Part shown: piece by piece, positions 21,440 through 30,950 of the stretch
How positions within the stretch are numbered: the first letter of the stretch is position 1
Layout of the letters: each line of letters opens with the position of its first letter
Virus record (IMG/VR): IMGVR_UViG_3300027708_002199
Coordinates: 6,946 to 70,945 of that record
Source of the DNA: a virus
Direction: 5' to 3' (one strand)
Length of the DNA: 64,000 nt
Translations under genes and position numbers: made by a program
Notes under the pieces: model-generated
What the model saw: only the letters and a program-made list of their open reading frames with translations
Database searches by the model: none
What the model was told of the DNA's origin: nothing

Positions 21440-21901
21440 TTATATATTAATTATTACAAAACTACTTGAGTTAAACACATCATTTGTTATTTGATAGTCA
21501 ATTCTTACTTTAGCAGTATATTCTTTAGTTGCCAATCCTGGTATAGTTAATTGTGTATTTACAACGTTTCCTTCTGTTGTTACATATGGACCCGCTTCTT
21601 CAGATGATAGAGCGGTGACCCTTATCGATGTTATCAATAAGTTCGGTATATATGTTTCCACAGAATCTTTAATTTCCGATTCAATATCATTAAATGTTGG
21701 CCCATCTAATGGTTCAAAAATATACTCATACAATCTTGTACCAAAATCAGGTAAAAAATATCTACTACCTTTTCGAGTTAATAATAAGTGTATTAAATTA
21801 TTTTTAATCTCATCACTAGGAGTTTCAGATAAGTTAAGATATTTTCCAGTTAAGGAATCACCAAAAGGAAAATTAATACCGTATGTTACACCATTAGCCA
21901 T
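21440..21901 (-). CDS. Baseplate wedge / sheath initiator (T4 gp25 / gpW-like)
   Basis: IKNNLIHLLLTRKGSRYFLPDFGTRLYEYIFEP. Confidence 0.9.
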   Translation of the reverse strand: MANGVTYGINFPFGDSLTGKYLNLSETPSDEIKNNLIHLLLTRKGSRYFLPDFGTRLYEYIFEPLDGPTFNDIESEIKDSVETYIPNLLITSIRVTALSSEEAGPYVTTEGNVVNTQLTIPGLATKEYTAKVRIDYQITNDVFNSSSFVIINI

Positions 21902-21922
21902 ATTTTATAAATACTATGAAAT

Positions 21923-21949
21923 AAAAAATCCGAACTTAGTCCGGATTTT
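21923..21949 (-). terminator. Intrinsic terminator after flavodoxin-fold gene
   Basis: minus strand aaaatccggac-taa-gttcggatttttt. Confidence 0.65.
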
Positions 21950-21973
21950 ATTATTAAGTTCTTAATATCAAAT

Positions 21974-22741
21974 TTATAATCCCATGTCATCAATAAACTT
22001 TTTATGAGATTTTTTGTAAGAAGATTGTTTTTCATCGTAAACATCAGTTGTGTATTGCCAATTCCAATATAGTTTCTTATTAGGTTCAAATCCATAGAAC
22101 TCATGTACTTTCATTTGAGTCTTAGTTACATCTTCACCGTTCCAGTTTTGTCCAACACAAATAAACCCTGTCTCAATACCCTCAACTATATTTTTTTCAC
22201 CTAAAGTATTATGTCTATTTTCAATCCAAGTTAATCGTTCAATCAAATTTTGATAGAACATATTTGCTTGTCCCCATCTCACTGAACTAAAAAATACTAC
22301 AGCATCTGCCTCAAAAAGTTCTTTAGATATTTTCCAAAGTTCATCTGTTTTATTGTTTAAACTTGCCCAACATCTGTGATATCCTGAAGGATTTTTTTTA
22401 TCATCTTTAAGTAACGCTTTTAAAAGCCCACAACTATTACCATCTTCTCGTGATACGTTTCCTTCACAAGGAAATATCTTTAATTCTGAAACATCAATGA
22501 ATACTGATTTGTCGCCAAGTTCTTCATTCAAATACATTGCTAAGATTTTTGATTTAGGAACATCAATATTTTTTGGGTCCCAATTATGTCTATTTGAACA
22601 ACTTAATAATAAAACTTTCTTTTTCTTTTTTAAGATATCCAAAGTTTCTTTTAACTTTTTTTCACCACCCTCTTGAACCATGTTCTCTGAGAGCATCATT
22701 TTTCTTATCTTCTCAATTTCTTCTTGTATGATATTAGACAT
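21974..22741 (-). CDS. Flavodoxin-fold protein (NADPH-dependent FMN reductase / iron-sulfur flavoprotein-like)
   Basis: VLLLSCSNR...SKILA, IFPCEGNVS...C...RCW, LFEADAVVFFSSVRWGQ...QNLIERL. Confidence 0.7.
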   Translation of the reverse strand: MSNIIQEEIEKIRKMMLSENMVQEGGEKKLKETLDILKKKKKVLLLSCSNRHNWDPKNIDVPKSKILAMYLNEELGDKSVFIDVSELKIFPCEGNVSREDGNSCGLLKALLKDDKKNPSGYHRCWASLNNKTDELWKISKELFEADAVVFFSSVRWGQANMFYQNLIERLTWIENRHNTLGEKNIVEGIETGFICVGQNWNGEDVTKTQMKVHEFYGFEPNKKLYWNWQYTTDVYDEKQSSYKKSHKKFIDDMGL

Positions 22742-22763
22742 AATAATAAATACTTGTTAAATT

Positions 22764-22786
22764 AAAAATCCCGACCTAGCTCGGGA
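22764..22786 (-). terminator. Intrinsic terminator after nrdA
   Basis: minus strand atcccga-gctagg-tcgggat-tttt. Confidence 0.65.
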
Positions 22787-22803
22787 TAACACATCGGATT
22801 TTT

Positions 22804-25236
22804 TTAAGAAGAACATCCAAAACAATCAAATTCACTATTTTCAGGTTTGTCGGGTAGATTCATATAACTGTAATCAACCTTTGGTGGTTCAGGAGTTGCT
22901 TTTGGTTTGTTAATTTTTGATACGTCCATAGCCAAGTGTTTTGCTCCTGTTGAGATTGCTCTTGTTCTAACGTAATAACAAAGTGTCTTCAACCCTTTTT
23001 CCCATCCGTAAAAATGTGAAGATGAAATCTTTGACAATGTTGGATTTGACATGTAGATATTCATTGATTGTGATTGGTCAATAAATGGTGCTCTGTCAGC
23101 AGCCATCTCAATCAATTCTCTTTGTGAAATCTCCCAAATTGTTTTGTATTTCTTAATTAAATGTTCAGTTCTTTTAACTTTGAAATTATATCTCTTATCT
23201 TCTTGGTCAAGGTAGTTATTAAAATTAATGTTTTGAATTGAACCTTCGTTCATGATAATTTCATTCTTTAAGTCCTCAGACCAAATTCCAATCTTCTCAA
23301 AATCACTAATCAAATACTTGTTAACAATCATAATCTCTCCACCAACCACACGTCTGTTAAAGATGGCTGAGTGAGCTGGTTCTGTCATTTCATATGAACC
23401 TGTAATCTTTGCTGAAGATGCTACAGGCATTTGAGCCGTGAATAAAGAATTACAAACTCCATACTTACTAACATTCTGTTTAAGAATTCCCCAAGGCCAT
23501 CTTTTTGATAACTCATCTTCTTTCAATCCCCACATATCAAATTGGAATACTCCTTGTGACATCGGTGACCCTTCAAAGTGAGCATATGGTTCATACTCAC
23601 CATCCATACATAATCTGTTACTTTCAGTGATTGCCGCGAAATAGATTGTTTCAAAAATATCTTTATTCAACTTACGAGCTTCTTCAGATGTAAAGATGTA
23701 ATCCATCAAATAGAATACGTCAGCAAGTCCTTGTGTACCAATAGCGATAGCTCTTTGGTCTAATCCACCCTTATGACCTTTTTCAGTTGAATAACTATTA
23801 ATGTTAACTACTTTATTCAATGCTCTAACAACCTTGCGAGTTTCATCATACAACCCTTTAAAATCAAACTCCCCGTCTTTTACATAGTTCTTTAACACCA
23901 TAGATGAAAGAGTACAGATTGCTGTAGTTTTCTCGTCAGTATACTGATAAATCTCATTACAAAGATTTGATTGTTTGATTACACCAATGTTTTGATGGTT
24001 TGTTTTTCTGTTAGCACTATCTTTAGAACATAGATATGGAACACCTGTTTCAACTTGTGATTCAATAATCTTATTCCAAATTTCCTGAGCCTTAACTTTC
24101 TTACCAAGGCCCATACTTACGGCTAATTTATAATTCTCTTCGTATTCATCACCGTAACTTTCTTGTAATGGTTTGATACCCGCCTTAATAATATCGTTAG
24201 GACAGAACAAATACCAATCTTCATTGTTCTTAACTGCGTTCATGAAATTATCGGGAATCCAAAGTGCGGTAAATAAATCACGAGCTCTTAATTCCTCAGC
24301 ACCTGTATTTTTTTTAATCTCCAATAGGTCAAAGATATCTTTGTGCCAAGGTTCCAAGTAAATTGCCGCAGAACCAGGTCTACGTCCTTGTTGGTTAAAG
24401 AAACGAAGCGACTCATTAACAATCTTTAAATACTTTAAAAGACCACCAGCATATCCACCTGAAGATGAAATACGACTCTCCTTACTACGAATGTTAGACA
24501 TTGATAGTCCGATACCAGCAGCGTCAGATGAGTAAGTTGAGATATCTCTCATGGTGTTTAACAATCCTTCACGAGAATCCGAATCGTTGTAATGAAGAAC
24601 ACAAGAAGCAAGTTGTGGAACTTTAGTACCAGCGTTAATCATGATTGGTGTTGCCGGTGATATTCTTTGTGTCGATAACGCTTGGTAGTACTCAACCGCC
24701 TCCTCAAATGTATTAGTCACCCAAAGAGCAACTCTCATATACATGTGTTGTGGACGTTCAACTACTTTACCTTCTGACAACTTCAAAAGATACATTTCTG
24801 CAAGTGACCTCCAAGCAAAATAATCAAAATTATAATCATTATCATGATTAATAATCGCATCAATATTACTTGGCCCATAATCCTCAATAATTTTCATTAA
24901 TTTTTCATTAATGATACCTTCACTGTTTAACAAATTCATGGTATTTGAAAAACTTGGGTCAGTTTCCTTATGGTAAGATGAAATAGCAACTGACGAAGCT
25001 AATCTTGAGTAGTCGTGATGACTACCTGTAAACGCCGCGGCGATTTCATAGATTAACTTATCTAATTCTTTTGTTGTAATAATACCTTCAGTTGGTACTG
25101 AAGTGATAACCTTAATAAAGATTTCATCGGAGTTGACACTCAACCCCTTTGAAGCTCTTTTGATACGGTTATAAATTTTTTGTGGATTAAATGACGAATC
25201 ATCTCCACTTCTTTTTTTAATTTTAAGTGACATCAT
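22804..25236 (-). CDS. nrdA: Ribonucleotide reductase class Ia alpha subunit with N-terminal ATP cone
   Basis: SPATP, QLASC, SNLCNEI, AICTLSS, MPVASS, KTLCYY, C-terminal CxxC (DCFGCSS). Confidence 0.97.
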   Translation of the reverse strand: MMSLKIKKRSGDDSSFNPQKIYNRIKRASKGLSVNSDEIFIKVITSVPTEGIITTKELDKLIYEIAAAFTGSHHDYSRLASSVAISSYHKETDPSFSNTMNLLNSEGIINEKLMKIIEDYGPSNIDAIINHDNDYNFDYFAWRSLAEMYLLKLSEGKVVERPQHMYMRVALWVTNTFEEAVEYYQALSTQRISPATPIMINAGTKVPQLASCVLHYNDSDSREGLLNTMRDISTYSSDAAGIGLSMSNIRSKESRISSSGGYAGGLLKYLKIVNESLRFFNQQGRRPGSAAIYLEPWHKDIFDLLEIKKNTGAEELRARDLFTALWIPDNFMNAVKNNEDWYLFCPNDIIKAGIKPLQESYGDEYEENYKLAVSMGLGKKVKAQEIWNKIIESQVETGVPYLCSKDSANRKTNHQNIGVIKQSNLCNEIYQYTDEKTTAICTLSSMVLKNYVKDGEFDFKGLYDETRKVVRALNKVVNINSYSTEKGHKGGLDQRAIAIGTQGLADVFYLMDYIFTSEEARKLNKDIFETIYFAAITESNRLCMDGEYEPYAHFEGSPMSQGVFQFDMWGLKEDELSKRWPWGILKQNVSKYGVCNSLFTAQMPVASSAKITGSYEMTEPAHSAIFNRRVVGGEIMIVNKYLISDFEKIGIWSEDLKNEIIMNEGSIQNINFNNYLDQEDKRYNFKVKRTEHLIKKYKTIWEISQRELIEMAADRAPFIDQSQSMNIYMSNPTLSKISSSHFYGWEKGLKTLCYYVRTRAISTGAKHLAMDVSKINKPKATPEPPKVDYSYMNLPDKPENSEFDCFGCSS

Positions 25237-25255
25237 AGTTTAAAAAGATAGTAAA

Positions 25256-26206
25256 TTAAAAATCGTCAGTAAAGGAGATAGTCTCATTTAACTTGGCTTT
25301 TTGATATTCAACGGTACGTGACTCAAAGAAATTACCCTTTGTTTCAACTGCGATTTGTTCCATGAATTTGAACGGTTGCTCAACATTAAATTGTTTTTTA
25401 CATCCAAACTTTACTAATAATCCATCAACAACAAACTCAAGATATTGTTTCATTAAATTTGAATTCATACCGATAAGTGAAACTGGTAGTGATTCAGTGA
25501 TGAACTCTTTTTCAATCTCTAATGCTGACAATAGAATTTCTTTAATTCTTTTCTCACTCGGTTTGTTTTCAATGTGATTGTTCAATAAATGAATTGCGAA
25601 GTCACAGTGTAAGTTTTCGTCTTTGAAAATCAAAGCGTTAGCATTACACAATCCTTGCATGATACCTCTTGATTTCAACCAAAAGATAGAACAGAATGAA
25701 CCTGAAAAAAAGATACCCTCAACCGCAGCAAACGCAACCAATCTTTCTTGGAACGATGCGTTCTCAATCCAATCTAAAGCCCATTTAGCTTTCTTTTGAA
25801 CTGCAGGTAGGTTATCTAACGCTGTAAAACATTTGTTCTTTTCTTCTTCATTTGATACGTAAGTATCAATAAGAAGAGAATACATTAAACTGTGAATGTT
25901 TTCCATAGCAAGTTGCATACCATAGAAAAACTTAGCTTCAGGATATTGTACTTCTCTGTAGAAATTCTCAGCCAGGTTTTCATTTACAATACCATCTGAC
26001 GCCGCGAAAAACGATAAAATATTTTTTACAAAATACTGTTCATTCTCTGATAAGTTTTCCCAATCTCTTAGGTCACCGCTTAAATCAATTTCTTCTGCCG
26101 TCCAAAACGCCGCTTGATGCATCTTATAATATTCCCAAATATCATTGTGATGGATAGGAAATATTACAAATCGGTTCGGATTAATTTCTAAAATTTTTTC
26201 TTTCAT
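25256..26206 (-). CDS. nrdB: Ribonucleotide reductase class Ia beta subunit
   Basis: FWTAEEIDL, FFAASDGIVNENL, ENIHSLMYS, VEGIFFSGSF, DENLH, NFFE. Confidence 0.97.
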   Translation of the reverse strand: MKEKILEINPNRFVIFPIHHNDIWEYYKMHQAAFWTAEEIDLSGDLRDWENLSENEQYFVKNILSFFAASDGIVNENLAENFYREVQYPEAKFFYGMQLAMENIHSLMYSLLIDTYVSNEEEKNKCFTALDNLPAVQKKAKWALDWIENASFQERLVAFAAVEGIFFSGSFCSIFWLKSRGIMQGLCNANALIFKDENLHCDFAIHLLNNHIENKPSEKRIKEILLSALEIEKEFITESLPVSLIGMNSNLMKQYLEFVVDGLLVKFGCKKQFNVEQPFKFMEQIAVETKGNFFESRTVEYQKAKLNETISFTDDF

Positions 26207-26220
26207 TTTTTTATTTTTAT

Positions 26221-26949
26221 TTAATTATTTACGTATTCCCAAAAAAAACCACCACACGAATTTCTAACCCCCTTACAAACTAAAACAATATTACCTTTAT
26301 TTTTAATATTATTTTTTTTACAAGCAATTTCTAATGATGGATATATTTCTAAAATTTTTTTTGTTTTTAAACATATTTTTTTTACTTTTCTAACATTTTT
26401 TGCAGGTTTCCCTTTTAAGTAACTATTTTGACTAAGTTTTAATTTATGTTCTTTTGATAATTTTTTTCCAATTAAAGAATTACTAATATTTTTTTTAGTC
26501 TCTTGGGTTCTTTTTTTCCCTTTACCTGATTTTCCAATTTTTTCTTTATGTTCGTCTGACAATTTTTTACCTTTCCAATAATTATGTTTTCCTTTATTAC
26601 TTTTTGATATTTTTTTTCTAGTTTCCTCGCTCGGAACATAATTAAGATTTGACTCACCACCGTCGGTCAGATTAAGTAATTTATTAGTTTCTTTATAATT
26701 TTTTATCCAATATATTTCTTTTTCAACCCATTCTTTATCATTAGTTTCTTCAATTACTTTTATTTCAGGAATTTTATTTTCTTTCAACATTTTTTTTATC
26801 CACAAATATAAAGGTCTTTTAATATTTTTTTTACTTAAATAAATGTGTTGTCGTAACCGTTCTTTTATATCTTTTTTTGTTTTTCCAACATACCTTATTA
26901 TCTCAGGTTTGTCCGGATGAAAAATTCCATAAATTACAATTGTTTCCAT
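26221..26949 (-). CDS. Free-standing GIY-YIG homing endonuclease with NUMOD3/NUMOD1-type DNA-binding repeats
   Basis: VIYGI...RYVGKT...RLRQH, E..WI, LLNLTDGGE, repeated SEETRKKIS/SDEHKEKIG, C-terminal YPSLEIAC...CGGFFWEY; very A-rich coding strand. Confidence 0.9.
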   Translation of the reverse strand: METIVIYGIFHPDKPEIIRYVGKTKKDIKERLRQHIYLSKKNIKRPLYLWIKKMLKENKIPEIKVIEETNDKEWVEKEIYWIKNYKETNKLLNLTDGGESNLNYVPSEETRKKISKSNKGKHNYWKGKKLSDEHKEKIGKSGKGKKRTQETKKNISNSLIGKKLSKEHKLKLSQNSYLKGKPAKNVRKVKKICLKTKKILEIYPSLEIACKKNNIKNKGNIVLVCKGVRNSCGGFFWEYVNN

Positions 26950-27000
26950 ATTAATAAATATCTCAATATTTTTAATATTACTAATTTATTTAAGTTTTCT

Positions 27001-28371
27001 TTATACCTGTTGTTGTTTTCTTTTCTCCATAATTTCTTTAATTCTACTTCTATTTCTTTCTTCCTTCTGTTCCTCAAGTCCTAAGAATGTTGTAGTACTT
27101 TCTGTATCAATTTCTAACATTTCGTTATTGAACTTACAGTTTTCAAATACCACTCCGTCTTTACCAATTCTCGACTTTGTGATAGCAATAGTTGCAAGAT
27201 TTAATTCTTTTTGTTGTAGCGACTTAGCCACCGTGATGATAACGTGTCCTACCTGAGCCTTCTTAATAGAACCACCCATTTGGTCAGTTGTTACCACATC
27301 AGATGAAATAGAACTTCTATTACCCTGTGTTGCCGTCCAACCAGCAATATCTAATTCATGACACATTGATTCAAACGCTCTCATCACTGAACCCTCAGAT
27401 TTCCATTCATCGTCCATCATCTTTTCAGGTGTTACACAATCAATATAATCCAAAATAACAACATCAATCTTTGTCCCATCAGCAATCAACTTTCTAATCT
27501 GATTTTTAATCTGATTCATAGTTAATGTGTCTGAAGGTAACTTTTTCATAATCAACTTGTTTGGCATTGTTTCCTTAATCTCTGCGATTTTAGCCATAAC
27601 TTTTTCTTTATGATTACCAAGTTCGTCAGGTGCTATACCCGTCCAACATGTAAAATGTTTTCTCTGAATGATTTTATAGTTATCCTCAAAGAAAATTTGT
27701 AATACATTAAAACCTAAATTAAAAGCGTGATTAGCAATCTTTGTTGTCAGTGTTGACTTACCAACACCAGTGGGTGCTAATATAACACCAATTTCTCCTT
27801 TCGCCAAACCACCTTTCAAAAGATTATCAATACCCGGTATTCCCATAGGGATTGGATGTCTATAATCATCCGCTAATACTTCATCTAAGTCTTGAAACAC
27901 ATCTCCCGTTCCTCTATCCACGTTTCCAACCTGTAAAGCTCCTCTAACCATTTCTTCCAAAGTGTCGTAGTTTTCAAACTCACCGTGGTCAATGATTTTC
28001 TTAGCCTTATCCATAACTTTTTGAAGTTCTTGTTGTTTACAAAACTTCAATGCTTTTTCCTGTACAAACTGAGTGCCCTCTTCGGTAACATTTTGTATAT
28101 CAGAAATAGTGTCAAGAGTTATCTTTAATAATAACTCCTGACTAATTTCACTCTTAGCTTTTTGTTGAATTGTCTCAAAACTAGGACTGTGTTCAAACTT
28201 TGAATAGTATTCTTTTACCATCTGAACAAATAATCTGAAGTATTTGTTTTCAAAATAAGTAGATTCCATCACCTCAATAATTGAGTGTGAAAAATCCTTA
28301 TCAAGTATTATTTGGTTAAGAAGTTGTAATTGGAAGGTCTCTCCCAAATAGTCAAAATTTTTGTCAGCCAT
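27001..28371 (-). CDS. dnaB: Replicative DnaB-like (T4 gp41-like) helicase
   Basis: Walker A APTGVGKS, ILDYID, WTATQGNR, KSRIG. Confidence 0.9.
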   Translation of the reverse strand: MADKNFDYLGETFQLQLLNQIILDKDFSHSIIEVMESTYFENKYFRLFVQMVKEYYSKFEHSPSFETIQQKAKSEISQELLLKITLDTISDIQNVTEEGTQFVQEKALKFCKQQELQKVMDKAKKIIDHGEFENYDTLEEMVRGALQVGNVDRGTGDVFQDLDEVLADDYRHPIPMGIPGIDNLLKGGLAKGEIGVILAPTGVGKSTLTTKIANHAFNLGFNVLQIFFEDNYKIIQRKHFTCWTGIAPDELGNHKEKVMAKIAEIKETMPNKLIMKKLPSDTLTMNQIKNQIRKLIADGTKIDVVILDYIDCVTPEKMMDDEWKSEGSVMRAFESMCHELDIAGWTATQGNRSSISSDVVTTDQMGGSIKKAQVGHVIITVAKSLQQKELNLATIAITKSRIGKDGVVFENCKFNNEMLEIDTESTTTFLGLEEQKEERNRSRIKEIMEKRKQQQV

Positions 28372-28396
28372 ATTATGTTTGTTTTTAGAATAAATA

Positions 28397-28849
28397 TCAA
28401 CGAGCCAGCTGATAACCCATGTATTCGTGTGTTAAATTTCTTGCTGACAACACGTCAGTAAGACCAAAAAGGATACCTTTTAGGAACGGGCGTATGTCTA
28501 CGGTGTATCTTATCTTCGGTGGATAAAGTTTTGCATCAAATGTATAATGACACATTGTCGTATCACCATTTTTGATATAGATGTTAAACGACTCAGGCCC
28601 ATCAGTGAATGATGTGTTCAATACCTCAGGGTCTTCACTAATCTGATATTGATTGTCCAACATGTAGTTTACAGTTTTCATTTTGAAATTTTCTTTCAAC
28701 TCTGAAATGAAACCATCCATAATGTCAATCAACTCAGCCGAGTTATGAGCCTTTGGGTTATAACCCTTAACGTTAAAAAAACGTTGTACGATAAAATTGT
28801 TGTTTACCGTCATCAAGAATTCCAGTTTGGTAATGTCTTGTTCTTTCAT
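28397..28849 (-). CDS. Hypothetical protein in replication operon
   Basis: 150 aa ORF tightly packed between exonuclease and helicase. Confidence 0.7.
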   Translation of the reverse strand: MKEQDITKLEFLMTVNNNFIVQRFFNVKGYNPKAHNSAELIDIMDGFISELKENFKMKTVNYMLDNQYQISEDPEVLNTSFTDGPESFNIYIKNGDTTMCHYTFDAKLYPPKIRYTVDIRPFLKGILFGLTDVLSARNLTHEYMGYQLAR

Positions 28850-28852
28850 AAT

Positions 28853-29857
28853 TTATTTTTTGTTTGTTTTTGTTTTTTCTTTTCTTGTTAATTTCATAAA
28901 TGGTTGGATGAAATATGTCCAAGCATCGTCCCCTTTTGGTAGGTATTTGAACAACCCGTCCTCAACCATATACTTAATTAAGTTCTTGTAACTTCTACCC
29001 TCAATATCTAATTTTTCTGTAACTATTGATAGTATCTCTTCTTTGTCATCATCCCTCAATAAAGGATTAGATAAGTCAACAATCTGTTCATTAACTTGGA
29101 AAAATTCTTTTTCAAAGATACCTGATTTTGTTTTACCAGTTAAAAGGTTTTTTAGAGTTTGATTGTCTTTTTGTTCTTTTAACAAATCTTCCGCTCTTGT
29201 TAAAATATCGTTATAAGAAACTTCTTTTTCAAGTATCTCAGGAAAAAATTTAACTAAAGTTTTTTCACCCAAAAGATAGATACCTTCAATATTATCTGAT
29301 TTATCACCAGTTAATATCTTTAATGTCTTCACGTTATAGTGTGGGAACTCAAAGTCATCAAATTTAATCTTATCCCCGTGTTTAAACGTAGCTTTAACTG
29401 ATGGTGAGTATATGGACACCTTTTCGGAAATAAGTTGTGTTAAGTCTCTATCTGATGAAAAAATTAATTTGTCTTCATTTTCAGATATTTGACAATAATA
29501 AGCAATTAAATCATCTGCCTCTCTTCCACTAATTTCTAATTGTCTTATATAGACCTCTTCCAAATATTGTTTGATACGATTTTTTTGTTTTAGGTAGGAC
29601 ATAAAGATAGCATCCTCCATAACCAATCGTCGGTTTTGTTTGTATTTGGGGTAAAGAATTCCACGTAAACTCGTGGAATCTTCACCATCCCAAAGTACTA
29701 CCACCTTGTCAAAGTTTTGTTCGTTTATGAATTTACGAAGTGTATTCATAAAATGATACAATGCTCCAATGTGTTCTCCATTGTGGAAGTAGTCCTTCAC
29801 ACCATGAAACCCAATTTTCATCAGATTGTTTCCGTCAACAAGTAGTGTTTTTTTCAC
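28853..29857 (-). CDS. 5'-3' exonuclease / flap endonuclease (T4 RNase H, PolA 5' domain-like)
   Basis: LLVDGNN, WDG, YKQNR, EADDLIA, SSDRDLTQL, GDKSDNIEGI..GEKT. Confidence 0.92.
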   Translation of the reverse strand: MKKTLLVDGNNLMKIGFHGVKDYFHNGEHIGALYHFMNTLRKFINEQNFDKVVVLWDGEDSTSLRGILYPKYKQNRRLVMEDAIFMSYLKQKNRIKQYLEEVYIRQLEISGREADDLIAYYCQISENEDKLIFSSDRDLTQLISEKVSIYSPSVKATFKHGDKIKFDDFEFPHYNVKTLKILTGDKSDNIEGIYLLGEKTLVKFFPEILEKEVSYNDILTRAEDLLKEQKDNQTLKNLLTGKTKSGIFEKEFFQVNEQIVDLSNPLLRDDDKEEILSIVTEKLDIEGRSYKNLIKYMVEDGLFKYLPKGDDAWTYFIQPFMKLTRKEKTKTNKK

Positions 29858-29866
29858 GAACTAAAA

Positions 29867-30865
29867 TTAAAATGGTTCGTTTTCGTTTGCAAAAGTTTCT
29901 TCAGATTCATCAAGAGTAATTTCTCCAGTACCTGAAAGAATTGCGTTCCAATACTGTGAATATTCTTTTTTGTATTTTTCAAGAGCATCTTTATCGTCAA
30001 CAATATATCCTTGTGGTGTTGCAATAATCTTACCATCTTTATATCCTAATCCATTAATATGGTTTTTTAGGACAGATATTTTTGTTCTGATGGCGTAAGA
30101 TACCGTTCTACCATTTTTAGTTGCGGTAATGTGATTGATGCCAGCGTTTTTCTGATTACCAAACAAGAATACAAGAGCAGACGCTAACCAAAGAGCCTCA
30201 CCACCTTTTGCCTTGATTGTTGGTTGTCCAAATGGATTGTCAGGTAATTCAACCCAAGGTTGATTAACTACCACCATTGTATTTGTGTATGGATAATCTT
30301 CCTTACGAGATTTAGTAATACGAGCTTGAATACCCATACCAATCTTATCTGCTAATACAGATGCATTATGTTGTTTTCCACCCTTACCGTCAAATGTCAT
30401 CTTACAAGGAACCGAACCGACTGAATCCCAAAGGAAACAAAGAGAATAAGGAATATTACCTTTTTCTTGTTCGTCTAATAGTTCGTTAATGTAATCGGTA
30501 ACTTGTTCAATATAGTCAAAATTATCGTTAAAGATAAACTGACCATCCCATTCACCGTCAACCATTTCAGCATTAAGACCAAGTTCTACTGCGTGGTTCC
30601 AGCTCCATTTTTTCTCGGTGATAACAAAAACAGGCAAATGCCCCTTCTGCTGAGCAGACACAGCGGCCTTGACAAGCGCAGTCGTTTTTGAAGAGTTCGA
30701 GTGACCCAAGAACATGTTGATGTTACCCAAAGCAGGACCAGGTAAACCGCAACTATTATGGAAAGCTTCACCGACTTCATAAAACTCGGTTTCTTTATAT
30801 TTTGTTTTTGTGGAATATTTGTCTTTGATTGCATCTAATGAAAATTCTTTTTTCTTTATTGCCAT
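29867..30865 (-). CDS. recA: RecA/UvsX-like recombinase
   Basis: P-loop-like GHSNSSKTT, FLWDSVGS, VVVNQ, KGGEAL, KNH; adjacent to SSB. Confidence 0.8.
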   Translation of the reverse strand: MAIKKKEFSLDAIKDKYSTKTKYKETEFYEVGEAFHNSCGLPGPALGNINMFLGHSNSSKTTALVKAAVSAQQKGHLPVFVITEKKWSWNHAVELGLNAEMVDGEWDGQFIFNDNFDYIEQVTDYINELLDEQEKGNIPYSLCFLWDSVGSVPCKMTFDGKGGKQHNASVLADKIGMGIQARITKSRKEDYPYTNTMVVVNQPWVELPDNPFGQPTIKAKGGEALWLASALVFLFGNQKNAGINHITATKNGRTVSYAIRTKISVLKNHINGLGYKDGKIIATPQGYIVDDKDALEKYKKEYSQYWNAILSGTGEITLDESEETFANENEPF

Positions 30866-30905
30866 AAATGTCTATGATTTAGTTTGTTTGTAGTTTAAAA
30901 ATAGC

Positions 30906-30944
30906 AAAGGTTGGACACTTTGTGTATATTAGTGTCCAACCTTT
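30906..30944 (-). terminator. 14-bp stem-loop between SSB and recA-like genes (terminator or processing site)
   Basis: aaaggttggacact-11 nt-agtgtccaaccttt perfect inverted repeat. Confidence 0.65.
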
Positions 30945-30950
30945 TATAAA

